A DNA stretch of 64,000 nucleotides from NCBI GenBank assembly GCA_050084985.1, contig JBITNC010000002.1, forward strand, positions 29,078,001 through 29,142,000, given 5' to 3'. The notes beneath the pieces are model-generated. The model was not told where the DNA came from, did not search any database, and saw only the letters and a list, made by a program, of their open reading frames with translations. Positions 26,401 through 39,100 of the stretch are shown here, one piece after another (position 1 is the stretch's first letter; each line of letters opens with the position of its first letter). The DNA comes from Nageia nagi. Taxonomy: Eukaryota > Plantae > Pinophyta. A program made the position numbers and the translations under genes.

Positions 26401-29400
26401 AGGAGTCAGATTTGCCACCCGATGCAAGGAAATGGTCAAAACCAATAAGGCCATCTTGAAGCATTTGCTAGTAAACGAAGGAATTTTTTAGACAACCCAT
26501 TGGGCCATCAGGAACGTAGAAACATTCATGGAAGATGACTTTGAAGCCAAACTCGCAGCAATGTACAAGCCATCTTCTCACCATCGCCAGAATAGAAAGG
26601 GGTCTATGTTGGCAAGTTTTTGATATGTAAGCCAAATATTTGGCCAATTTAGTGTTCCATTAAGTCCAATTGTAATCTTAATTAGCATTTTCAATTAGCT
26701 TATAAATAGTTGTTAGTGTTACAATTAGGATTAGAGTTTTGAAACTCATTTCTAGGGTTTCCAAAAGTCTATAAGTAAGAGACATTGGTTCTCATTTTCA
26801 ACAGAGCTCATTTTGTGGAAAAAGTGAAACTTTTATAAGAGGAGCAAATTGATGTATCCTTGCACAACTCTTTTATAAATTAATACAAAATAGTTAAGGC
26901 AAGGATCGAGCTTGTTTATCCATTTGTGGTGTTATGAATTGTTTCTTAAGGATTATCATTGCTCGTTTGACACTTTCTCATTCTTCCTTTGAAAACTTGA
27001 GAGTTTTAGGAAATGTATCATTGCTTTATTCTTTAAAGTGTTGGAAATCAGTCTTTGATAATTGCTTGATTCACAACACGCACTAGATGAGGTATTCTGA
27101 ATCTGTTTCCTGTATTATGACATCAAACTAGAGGCTTACATCCAAACTCTTATTCTTCCCACGTTCTTCCACCACATCCATTTGATTGCTCGCAATCGGC
27201 ATTCCTCCCCGCTTCTCTTTGGAACAACTCGAACATAGTTGTTTGTTCACAAAGCTAGATGAATTGGATGAAATCCCTAAACTGATCCGAAAAGGATGAA
27301 CTTTTTAGACAATGCTTCATCGTGGTGACGCGTTTGGTATTTGACCAAGTATTCGTTTCCGTTTCACAAGTGTAGTCTCTCACTTTACAGTATTTTATTT
27401 ATGCTTTCAAAACCAAATACGATCGTTAAGTCCACACATAGATATTTTGAATAAACTCTATACATCAAATTAAACAATGTTGGTTAACACACTGCTACGT
27501 CTCATTCTATTCCATTGAGGCTGATTCCAAAGAGGGATACTGCACTTTCTTTCATCTATTCCTAGACCAGAAACACTTGCCCAAGCACGAGATCTTGCTT
27601 GGTAGGTATACCTACAACGTCAAAATGTTGAGTAGGTGTTTCGACAAGAGCCTTGGAGGTACCCAGTCCTTTTCAAACGGGGGAATTGGTAACGCATTCC
27701 CAACTATGTTGCTTGGGATCTCTTAAGTTTTGCCCGCGATATGCAGAGTGTCCCACGTACGAAAGAAAAGCATCTCATCCCAAGGCCTATTCAAAATAAT
27801 AGGAGCAAAGTATGCTGCAAATTTGTTTTTAAGAGTTACTAAGCCTGTCATTGTTGTTGAGCATAAGGTTTTCTATAGCAAAAAAGCATTTGGAAGATAT
27901 TCTGCAAGTGCATATGCTTTGGTACAACTTTTGGTTGCATTTAAAGGCTATGAAGATATTGTGTTTTTTGTAAAAGAAAGGGCAAGCATAAATTATATGT
28001 TTTTTTTTAATGAAAAATAGTGCTTCTTTGGATTCAATAGATGGAGGAAATTATCTTTGCAAGGTTGTAGCAGCAGCTGCTGAGGGTTTGCATTTGGTGG
28101 TAAAAATATTGCTAGATGATGGGAGAGACATACCCTGTGTGATGGTGGACTAAATGAGTGAAAAGAATGCTATTGACCCCCTTTTGAACAATCACCTTAT
28201 GAATCCATTTGTGTTCATACAAGTGGATTGAAGAGAGATTCTGAACAAAAATTGGAGACTTATTGAGTTGGTGACTTAATCATGGACCGCTTCTAGCCCA
28301 GGTCAGTCAACCTCTCCATCTCGTCTCTATCTGTCTTGCTTCCATTGCAGATACCAACCTGTGACACGCTCACAGGGCCTTAGGCCATTATGCACCCAAG
28401 GGTTTCCGACCAAACCTGTGCAATGGCCGACCACGGGGCCTTGGGCCATTGCGCACCCAAGATCTTTTTAACCGGTCCACTTGGGGCGTTGTATCATATT
28501 TGCTACTTTGGGCCAAGCCCACCACGACGACTGTCCGCCCAACCATGGAGTCATTCCTCTTAGGAGTCCCACATACAGTTGCGCCTTGATCATATGGCCA
28601 ACCCATGCCTTATGCACATGCCAACTTGATACCTAGGGGAGAGGACCTTAATTTATGACTTTGACAACTTTGTTTGGATGAGTTGGATGATTGGAACGCT
28701 GTTCTTGACACTTGGAGATTATGTGTCAATATGATGCTTTTAGATTTTGATAGCAGAAGCATTCCCATGACGATCATTTTTAGATCTAACATTGCTATGC
28801 TCTTTTATGTCAGCCACTTATGGGAGACTAATTGCATCCTTGTTGGAACACCATGATGAGATATGTTTTGGACCATGTTATCCTGTCGAGTGGGACTACA
28901 TTTCCAATTGCCCAATATCCTATTGGATTGTAAGAATTGTTCATATTGAGATGTTCAGGCATGAGATTTCTCGTGACATTGAGCTCAATCCTTATAGGTA
29001 TTCCAACTTTGGCTTTGAGGATGATTATATTATGTCGTTATAGGAGAGACAAGTGCAATTTGGGCACAATGGAATTCTAGTCATGATCAGAGTTGTGAAA
29101 TGTCAACATGGTGGATTTTTTTTAAGGTTGATTTGGGATCCTGGTCGGCATTGCTTGAAGACAAGCAATTTGGGAGGGGAGGACTTGTAATATCTCAATT
29201 TTAATCTAGTTTTTTAAATATTATTTAGGTGTGCTTTATTGTATTTAAAAAGTGTGTTATGTTTTACTTTTAATAAAATAAATAAAGTGTTAGAAATAAA
29301 GTCAATAAGGTGTTAGAATTTAGTATGTGCCTAAATAACCTTTTAAGTGATTGTGGGCCATCCAAGTGGGGATCTAAGGGTGGAGACTCGACCTCCAACA

Positions 29401-30158
29401 AGGAGCAATATGGCACGTTGGATTATTGTTATTGTCATCTTTGGAGATTATTGCATTGAGCAACTATCTTTTGTGGAAACCCTAGATGATTGCAAATGCT
29501 TTAAAGGCTTAAGGTTGATAAACCCTAAGCTTATTTCCAAGTTGATGAATCCATTCAAGATTCATACTAGTGCTTAATTGTGGAGAATTTCAAAATCAAA
29601 TCTAGGGTTTGGTATTCTAATTTTGCTTCAGCAGTTGGACTAAAGGAAAAAGACCAGATTTGTGCAAGTTTAGATCTCAGCAAGCAAGAAAGGTGGATCA
29701 CCCATTTTTGGGGGGACTTTTGGAGCAAATTTGGACCATAATTGTGCCCTAGGTTGGATGCCTAGCCCAAATGAAAGAATTTTGGATTTTTTGGTTTTAA
29801 TTTTTGGATACCCTTTTGACTCTACTTTCAATATCGATTTTCAGAAAAAAATTATTAAAATTGTAGAGTGAGATCTCGTGAATTTTCAGAATTTCTGCAT
29901 AATTTTCTGAGTGATTTTCAGTCTGAAATTTCTGTAAAATTTATTTGCAAAAATAAAACCATTTTTGGCAAGGTTCATTACAGTCATTAAAGGGTTTAGT
30001 ATATGCATCGTTAGGATCCAAAGATACAAGTAAATTACACAATTTAGGGGAAAATGGTTTGTCAAAATTGCAAGAGCAATATATATTTAGACACAACAAA
30101 TTATGAATGATTTGTGCCGAGTTATTTTTTTCCTTAAGTTGACAGTCTTAGCATGTTT

Positions 30159-30194
<36 letters not shown>

Positions 30195-33100
30195 CTTGGT
30201 TCAGTGTATCTTGGCATCATTCGTAGATTGTGGAGAAGTTAAGCTCTTAGTTTGATCAAGGGTGGTCATTTACGTAAAAATCAATGTCTCTATTATCAAT
30301 ACAACTGGATGTTTTTAACCCAGCTTAAGGCATAAATGCAGTCCAAACTTGGTTTGTGCAGGTGCACCCATCTTAACTTTTGTATGTGTGCTTCTTTTTA
30401 TTAGCCTATTGTTGCAGGAATACAGTATTTATTATATTACCAGAGCACTTAGATCTTGTTTCTATTACATAGATAGGTTATTAAAAAGGAGTTGTGCACA
30501 TTTGGGTAGATTTATTTATTTTGTTTATGTAGGTTATTAACAGAAAGGAGTTTGCAGATTTGACTGAATTTGTTTAGTTTGTGTATATAGGGTTTTATAT
30601 GAGAGAGAGAGAGTGTGTGTCTTGATATGGTATATTTTACTCTACGTTGCATACCTATGGTTTCAATATATGAAAAATCAGTGATAGTGCAGATCTGGAA
30701 GAAGGATGCCACAAGATCAAACAAACCAGTCTGCATTGGTGAAAAAAGAGTTTGAAGAAGCTATTAGAAAATAAAGCGAAGAAATCACAGGCAAGGTTCA
30801 ATATGTGTTGCAGAGGGCTTTGGCATGCAAATGAATGTGGTTTTGTTATTATACATTATATAACATAATTACGGCATCAGTTCAGGAAAAGATGTTGTAC
30901 TTGAACTCAGAAATGGTGATGCCATTTGAAGCAGAAGAAAAAGGCATGCAAGGCGTTATAAGGGACATGCACTTCACGATGGGAAAAACCTTAATGCAGT
31001 TCTTTGTGCTGTTTGCATACCTGTGTCATTTGCTGGTAGATACAGAGAAGCAAAGTCCTATTAATAATGGCCTGTGCAACTGCAGGAGGTAATAAAAGCA
31101 TCATAGATGGGAACATTAGAGTTAAAAAGGTGTTTGGAAGAGCCTCGCTATGGTCTGCAAAAATAGGAGCATGTGGGTTTCACCCTGGTATGCAAAGCTG
31201 GAAGAAGATAAGCTGAGGAAGAGTCACCTAATGCTTCCAAAGTTGGGAGATGCGAAAGAGTAAAAAAGAAGCCCTTGTCTATATTTGATGTATTTACATA
31301 GGTTGGTTGTTTCATTGTTGCTTAGAGTGTCATATTTTAGTATTGAATTTGTCTGGTCGTTGGTCCTGATCCTCTCATCTCATAGACAGTGATTTTGCAT
31401 ATTGTTGCTGTAGTATGCCATTTATTTGATTCTGCGAGTCCTTGCCCTTGGCCTTGTAATTTGTGGATCTCCATATACGTAAGAACTTAAATCTTGGAAT
31501 GACAACTTACCAGTAATATGCCCTACATAATACTGTCGACTTGAAAGAGTTTACATTAGAAGCTTTCACAACTTGTACTTTCATTCTTTGAAGGGGAATA
31601 TCAAAATATTCCAGTCTTAGAAATGAAAAAACTAACAACAAATATAAACAAAGAAGGCATATCTCAAATTAGATTTAAAATAATAAACAGAAAGATCATC
31701 AAGAGCTAGAATAGCAGATACGTGCACTGCAGCCTGTTCTTGAGGCTCTTTATGTTTACTGTTTTTAATTTGATTTCAGGTATTCCTCTCTTTGTTTATC
31801 TTTGCAGCATTTTGTATTTCTAAGAGTGAGAATTTTTTATATTTTCCTTCAAATTATGAAATAAAAGTTTTGAAAGTTTTTCATTAAACGTTTTTTCAAA
31901 CGGACATGAAGGTATAATATTTTGTTTATATATTTTGCAGTGTTATATGGACCGTGTTATTAATAATTTGCACCATTATAACCTTGAGGTTATCAGGTAC
32001 ATGGAGACCTACAAAAGGGCTGATGTCAAGGACACAAAGTAAGTTGATTGTCACCAATTCAAGGGGAATCATCATCTCATAAACAATTTTAAATTTTGAA
32101 TTTTTTCAAGTCGGCGATCAACTCCTGGTGAAATACATTTCTAGTGGTTTACATATATGTATTCGTTTTTTAAGCACATAGTGTTTGTACTTCCCATGTT
32201 GGGATGAAATAACTCATTTTCTATATTTTGAAGCTGTTGATTAAAATAGAGTTCATTTGAATGAGTACATATATGAGAAAAAAGAATCTCAAGTACAATA
32301 TTGTAGTTTGGTGAAGTAGCAAATTTTACATATATGAGAAAAAAGAATCTCAAGTGCCCTAGGAGAGGGATGTTTGGCTTGATGATCCGAAATTTACCAA
32401 ACAAGCTCAAAATACACATGATAATCCACCGTCTAGCTAATTTCGCAATTATACTACTTCGAACATGCAAAATATCTTGAGAAACTCAATGTAGCAACAA
32501 GGAAGCAAAAGATTGTATGCTATGAAAATGCACTTCCAGATCCAACGTCCAAGCACAAGGAGACAAATGGCAAATTGGGATAGCAAAAATGTAATTGTAT
32601 TGATATGACTGAGTAAATAGCACAAATACAATATTTTTTAACCTAAGGAGCTTGTACAAAGACTTCCTCCAATAGGGTTTTGTTGGATAGCTCTAGGGCC
32701 TCTCAAATCGCAGCAATGGCAAGGCGCAGTAATGGAACTAACAGTGTTCCTCTCAAGATGGCTTGAATAAGTTGAGGTTAGCCTCCCCTCACTTCAATAC
32801 TTCAAATGCAGGTTGCCCTACTAGTGGTAAAGATAGATCTTCCTTTTAATCCAAATAAAAGGTGTTTAATAACAATAATCAACATACTTTGGAATGACCA
32901 AGTGTTCTCCTTTTATAGGCGATATAGTCTTTCATCTAATCTTGCATTGAGATGATCCAATGGTGGAGAGATGTGATCCATGTGCTCATGTGTGCAACAT
33001 CAAAGACGGGGAGCCTTGGGATATAAGGGTTAGGAATGCCAACGTCCAAGAGGGGGTGATGTCGGAGCACCTAGGGATCAATGCCATGGGTCCAAGTGCC

Positions 33101-36100
33101 AAGGAGGCTAACGTGGGTTCTTGGGATGCACACATGTCCAATGTCCATGCATGGGATTTATCCACTTGCCTCAAGATTGCCGAAACCTTGTTTGAAATGT
33201 CATGTCCAACCTTGGAGCTCTTAATGACCTTGTAGTTGGTGCAATCACCTAGGGGGATGGTCTACCTTGAAGAGGGGAACACTTATGACTAGAGATACAT
33301 TAAATGCCAATATTACAACTATCAAGGCGAAAAATATGCAACGCGTCTTTTAGAGGGACTAATATTGCATTTACAAATATAATTGCCTTGGTATTACAAA
33401 TACATTATTATTGGCATTTTAGGTAATTAACTAAATGCAATAAATAAATAAAAGGGCCATTTATTCCATAATTAGAGCTAGAGACTATACGAAATTGATA
33501 AAATCACACGTAAATAAATGTTTCCATTTATCAGAGGTGAAATGGAGAAAACGCCTAAAAAATGGGGATATTACAAAAACTTTCGAAAGGTTTTGAGAAG
33601 AGTTAGAGACTATACGGAATACAAAATGGTGCTTATTTGCACTAAAGAAATGTTAGAAGGGAAATTGGAAGAGATATGTCAACATGTATAGTGTTCATAG
33701 CAACTGAAAATTGGATTTAATATTTCTCAAAATCTAGATTTGTACTAGCCTTCAGTTTTTGACAGTTAAGGTACTACTAGGTTATCTAGGCTCTAGAATG
33801 ACTGTTTAATTACCTTCAGTGTCGAAATCTGTCACTTCATGTGATATATGGTCATTAATACAAAAGTTTCAAGAAAAGAAACATTAAACTAGAGTTCAAT
33901 ATTATTAATGAGTCTTTTAATATTGTAACATAATAAGTTGATGGTATAGAAAGGGAGAAATGCTTTAAAATTTATTGACCACTTCATATTCTTAATCTTG
34001 ACTTACTTTGTTGGAATGACCATAAAACAAAATAGCCCATTTCTCATATGATTGTATTTCAAAAATGTTTAAAAATGTAAGTTAATGCATTGTAAAGAAA
34101 GAGAACACATTTGACTTATAGGGCCATGAATGTGGAAAATTGGAAATGAAGACTCAAGAAAGTAGTTTTTTGATGCCATTTTTGGGACTACTTGAAGAAA
34201 AAGTGTTAAAAATTTAAAATGCTTCTTTATAAAGGGTGTCCACTTTCATAAAGGAGTGTTTGGATTTTTTTTTTTGCAAGTCATATGAGCCGTATGTCTC
34301 TTGATTTTGTATTTCTTTGAAATGGGATATGCGAATGTCTATTTATTGTGAATCTATTAGTTCGCTTATTTTACACTCATTCAGTTGATTTAAAATGTAA
34401 AGGAGTAAATAGTAGCACGGGTAATTGATATGTAGTGTTTCTAGGAAATTGTAAGAGTTCTCCAATTTGATACTTAAGAAACGTACTTGCCAATAAATGA
34501 GCCCAATCTATGGATCTTCTTACCCTTGGTTTTTAAACATCTTCAAACATTGGCACAAAATCAAGTGTAATTGAGACATTAAATGCCTTTTAGAAGTTTG
34601 TGGAAAAGCAAGAAATTGATGATTTTGAGGTTGATATGTTTTATGCATGTGCACTTTATTCAACTTGTCTACAAATTCATATTTCATCAATGCATTTAAA
34701 AGGGTTGCTGAATTTTGTAAGAGGTATGAGCTTTGTAGATTTGATTCATTGAGAACCAATCTTCTTGAAAGATTAAAGGAAAAGATCATAAATAGATTGG
34801 CTTCAAAATGTATTGTCATTAGTGATGGTTGGAAGGCTCATAGATCCTTGATTAATGTATTGGTGTCATGTCTACATGGTGTGATGTTCTTAAAAGTTGC
34901 CGACACAGTGGATGTCACAAAGACTACAAAATACATTTTCAGAATTTTAAAAGAAGTAATACTTGAAGTTGGAAAAGAAAATGTTATTCCTGACAATGTT
35001 ACAAATTTCATGGGTGTAGGGAGGCTGATCATGAAGAGTTTCTCAACAATATAGTGGACACCATGTGTTGCACATTGCAGTGATTTGCTACTTCATGATA
35101 TATGAAAGCTTCCATGAGGCGATTAGCTGGGCAAAAACAATAGGAATTTCATAGTGAACCATCACTTTACTTTGAGTATCTGTAAGAAACATTCATCTAA
35201 AAAACCCTTGATGCCTTGTGAGATTAGATTTGCCATATTTTACATCACTTTAAAAGAGTGTTTGAAGAAAAATCAACCTTGAGAAGTGTTGTTTGCAGTG
35301 CTGAATGAAGGTGGTGTTCTCTTTCAAAAGGATCAAAAAGGAAAGCATGTGCAATCAATTATTTTGGGTACTAACTACCTTTTGGAAAAGTTCTACTAGC
35401 GATTTGAAACTATGTGAACCAATTGTTGTCATGCTTGAAAAAGTTGATAGTGACAAACCTTATATGGATTTTGTTTGTGAAGGCATGGATCGTTGCAAAG
35501 AAAACATTTGATAATGTTGAAGCTGATTACAAACATATATGAGTTATTATTGATTGTAGATGGAAGATGTTGGACAATCCTTTATATGTTGCTGCATGTT
35601 ACTTAGGGCAGTTCGCTGGTTAGGGCATACCAATTATAGTTCTGGTGGTCAAATCCTATCCAAACATTAGTTGCTTTTCGGGCACCCGACACATTAGCTA
35701 ACCATCATTAGATCAGAACATTCAACGAATTGGTGAGGCTGTTTATGGAAAAGGTAGAAGTACAACCGTGCCCAACTCTAGATTGTTTGGGCTAAAGTGA
35801 AGTAAAGACAATGAAGTGATGAGTGGCATCTATAAAGCCATTGAAACATTGAATCTGAACTCGGCCATAGTAAATAAGATAAGAGCAGAACTCAGATTAA
35901 ATAAATTAAAAAATGAATATTTGGAACAACTGTAAGTGCATCAACTTGTGAAAGAAATTGGAGTAACTTGAAACAAATCCACTTCGAAAAGAAAAATGTG
36001 TTATCTGGTCGGTTAGGTGATCTTTTTTTATGTTCGAAGCAACTTGCATTTAGCAATAAGCAATGCGATTAAAGATTCAGAAAATTTGGATTCTCCACTA

Positions 36101-39100
36101 TTTGAACCTTGCAGGATCAAAACGATGAAGACATTGAACCTCAATGTGAAAGCAATGAGCATTTGTCTATTAGCCCTCCTTGTGCTCTTGATGATATAAC
36201 AAGTGGGTGACAAGAAGTGGAACAAGAAGAATGATAGTTGTTCCATCAACATCTTTGTTTGTGTTTATGCAATTTCATTTTTTTATCTTTGTTTTACATT
36301 ATTTTAGCAAAGATTTGGTTCATAAGGTTGCTGTCCTATGTAGTTTTGAATTATTATGATTCTGTGAGTATACATGAAAGCTTAAATGAATGTGAAGCTT
36401 GGTTTACAAGCTGGCTGTTCTCTGTGGTTTTGAACTATTCTATATGGTGATATATGATGATTTTTGATATATATCTGCTATTTTATAATATTTTAGCTCT
36501 TATTTCAAGCCCAAATTTTTCCGAACTTCAAAGTCTGCTGAATTTCTTTCAAACTTCAAACTTGCCAAACATGAACACAAATACGAACCTAGTAACTTAG
36601 TATGTAAATGACTACGTGAACTGTATTGATTTCAAAAATTTCAATTTGAAGACTATTAAAATCCGTTATATTTTCAGTTACCAAATCTCAAGTTGAAGAC
36701 TAATAAAATCCAATTACCAAAATCTGATAGAAATTAGAATATTGATAAAGGTTTACGTTATATTTTCAGTTACCAAATCTCAAGTTGAAGACTATTAAAA
36801 TCCATTATATCTTAAAGTACCAAAATCTGACAGAAATTAGAATATTGATAAGGGTTGAGATTATTTATTTTGTACCTGTTGATGTACATCCATTACATCA
36901 GTGGTTTGATAATCCATTATATCTTCAATTATCAAAATCTGATATAAATTAGAATATTGATAGAGGTTGAAGTTAGTTTTTACTTTTTTTATAATTGTTA
37001 ATGTACATCCATGACATCAGTGGGTTGATATGCTTTGCTAGATTTCTTGGGTTTTATGTCAATCGTTTGTTGCAAGGCGACATTGTTATTTAATTTCAAG
37101 TTCTCTTATACTAGAGGACTGGATTAGTAAACAATTCTGAGGGTTTTCTTTTGACTGGATTTTGTTTATTTTAGCGTTGGGGAAGAAAATACTTCTTATT
37201 TCAAACATTTTGATTGTTTTTCCGAATTTTAAATGTTGAGACTTTTATTTCTTACTTTTCTGCACTTTATACTTCTATATATCCATATTAGATTTTTTCT
37301 TTCTAGATCCTGTGTGAATGCTGCCATATGATTTCATTTGACTGGATTTTGTGTATTTTAGCGTTGTGGAAGGAAATGCATCTTATTTTAAACCTTTTGA
37401 TTGTTTTTCCAAAATTTAAAGGTTTTGAGTTTTATTTCTTACTTTTTTGGCGCTTCATACTTCTATATATCCATATTTGATTTTTTTTTCTAGATCCTGT
37501 GTGAATACTGGCTTATGAGCCCTAATTCAAGACTTATTAATTCAGGTTCAAGAGAAGTCACATCTGACTTTGCAATGCTACAATTCGAGGCCATAAAACT
37601 GACCTTTCTGGACTCTGTATATTAAGGTTGATGTATTCTGCCAGGACATTTTTTTAAGTAAACCATTAGTGCTATTTTCAAAGGATTTTTGGTTTGTTTT
37701 TGAGTTGTTGACTGTGTAAAGTTTAAACTTCCATTTAATAATTGATAATAACAGAGAGGGTAACCTCTTACATTCACTTTGAAAATATTTACAAATTTTT
37801 GGAAATGTCTTCTCTATGCTATTTGAGTATTGAAACAAATAATTACTCTTTATTTGGATAGTTGAAGTCTTTGTTTTACTGTCTGTCACTGCTTGCTTTT
37901 ATATTTTAGAGAGTTTTACTTTGATATTTAGTATCTATCCTAACACAATATGTTGGCCAGGTCTCTCAGGGAAGATGTAAGAATTGACAGAGATTCAAAT
38001 TCAGCTGAGCCAGGGAGTCTTCTTTCTGCAGTTCTTCAGTATGACCCTGAGGCATTTGATTGTTCAACACCAGGTATAACTGCACAGTTACTGTTGTAGG
38101 AGCTGTTCGTTTACTTATTTGTTTTAAATGCATCATGTTCTTTCCTACTATTTGTTTGGTTTTAAAAATTGTTCTATTTAAGCATTTTCAAAATACATCA
38201 TTTATTATGTGATAACCTGTTTACACATGCACATTTACCGCTTGACTCTAATGTAACATGCCTTGGTGTACTATACTTTGCAGTCTAACCTTAAAAAGAA
38301 TGTCTCTGTGATCTATATTTCTCAACATGGAAATAGGATTGTTTATGTGAATAAAATTGAATAATCTTTATGCATTTTATTTATTTGTGGCATATCCTTT
38401 AAAACTGTGGCAGGTTCTTAAAAGTTCTCACCATCTCCTAGAGATCCAGTTCATACATTAATTTTTCAATTTTTTGGAGGCTTGGCTAGTACTGACGATA
38501 GTCATAGGAATGTCAGGTCCCATGTTACTTTTCTCTGTGATCATATCACTAATTTCAGTAAGAATGCATTTGAACTATGGATAGCTAGGTACAGAAACTT
38601 GTTCTAGGACATCAGATGCATCTTGTGGGAGTGCCATTTTGATTGCCCAATACCTAATTGAAGATTTACACATCTACCTAACATTTTATCTCCCTAAAGC
38701 CTTTGTGAGAAACTCCCGAGGTCAGTTTTCCAACTGCTTGTTGGTGTTTGTGACTTTAAGTGCATCTTTTTTGGGTGGATTCCTGTTATGCACATGGATT
38801 TCATTTGTTTTCAACCTCACATAACCACATGTGGGAAAGTAGTATCTGGTTCTTTATTGACCTATTGATTTGCTCATTCAGTTTTTAATTTTAGATTAGC
38901 CAGTTGTTAGTGAAGAGAAGAAGAAATAATATCATTAAGAATGCTTGGCAGCAGTGGTGTTCATGTCATCTATTTATATATGATTTGGCAGATATATTTA
39001 ATTTATTAATTCCTAACTTTTGTTCTTGTAACTTGATGATTTGTGGTTAAATGTTGAAAAGTAGTATCTGGTTCTCTATTGGCCTATTGATGATATGCGG

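Larger units (their letters stand above)
25379..29700 (+). mobile_element. Non-autonomous gypsy-derived LTR element (LARD-like) with truncated 3' LTR
   Basis: LTR copies start at 25379 (TGTATTG) and 29186 (TGTAATA) and align over several hundred bp. PPT GGGAGGGGAGGAC at 29172-29184, preceded by an LEDKQF-type integrase tail. No gag/pol ORF. Confidence 0.8.
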
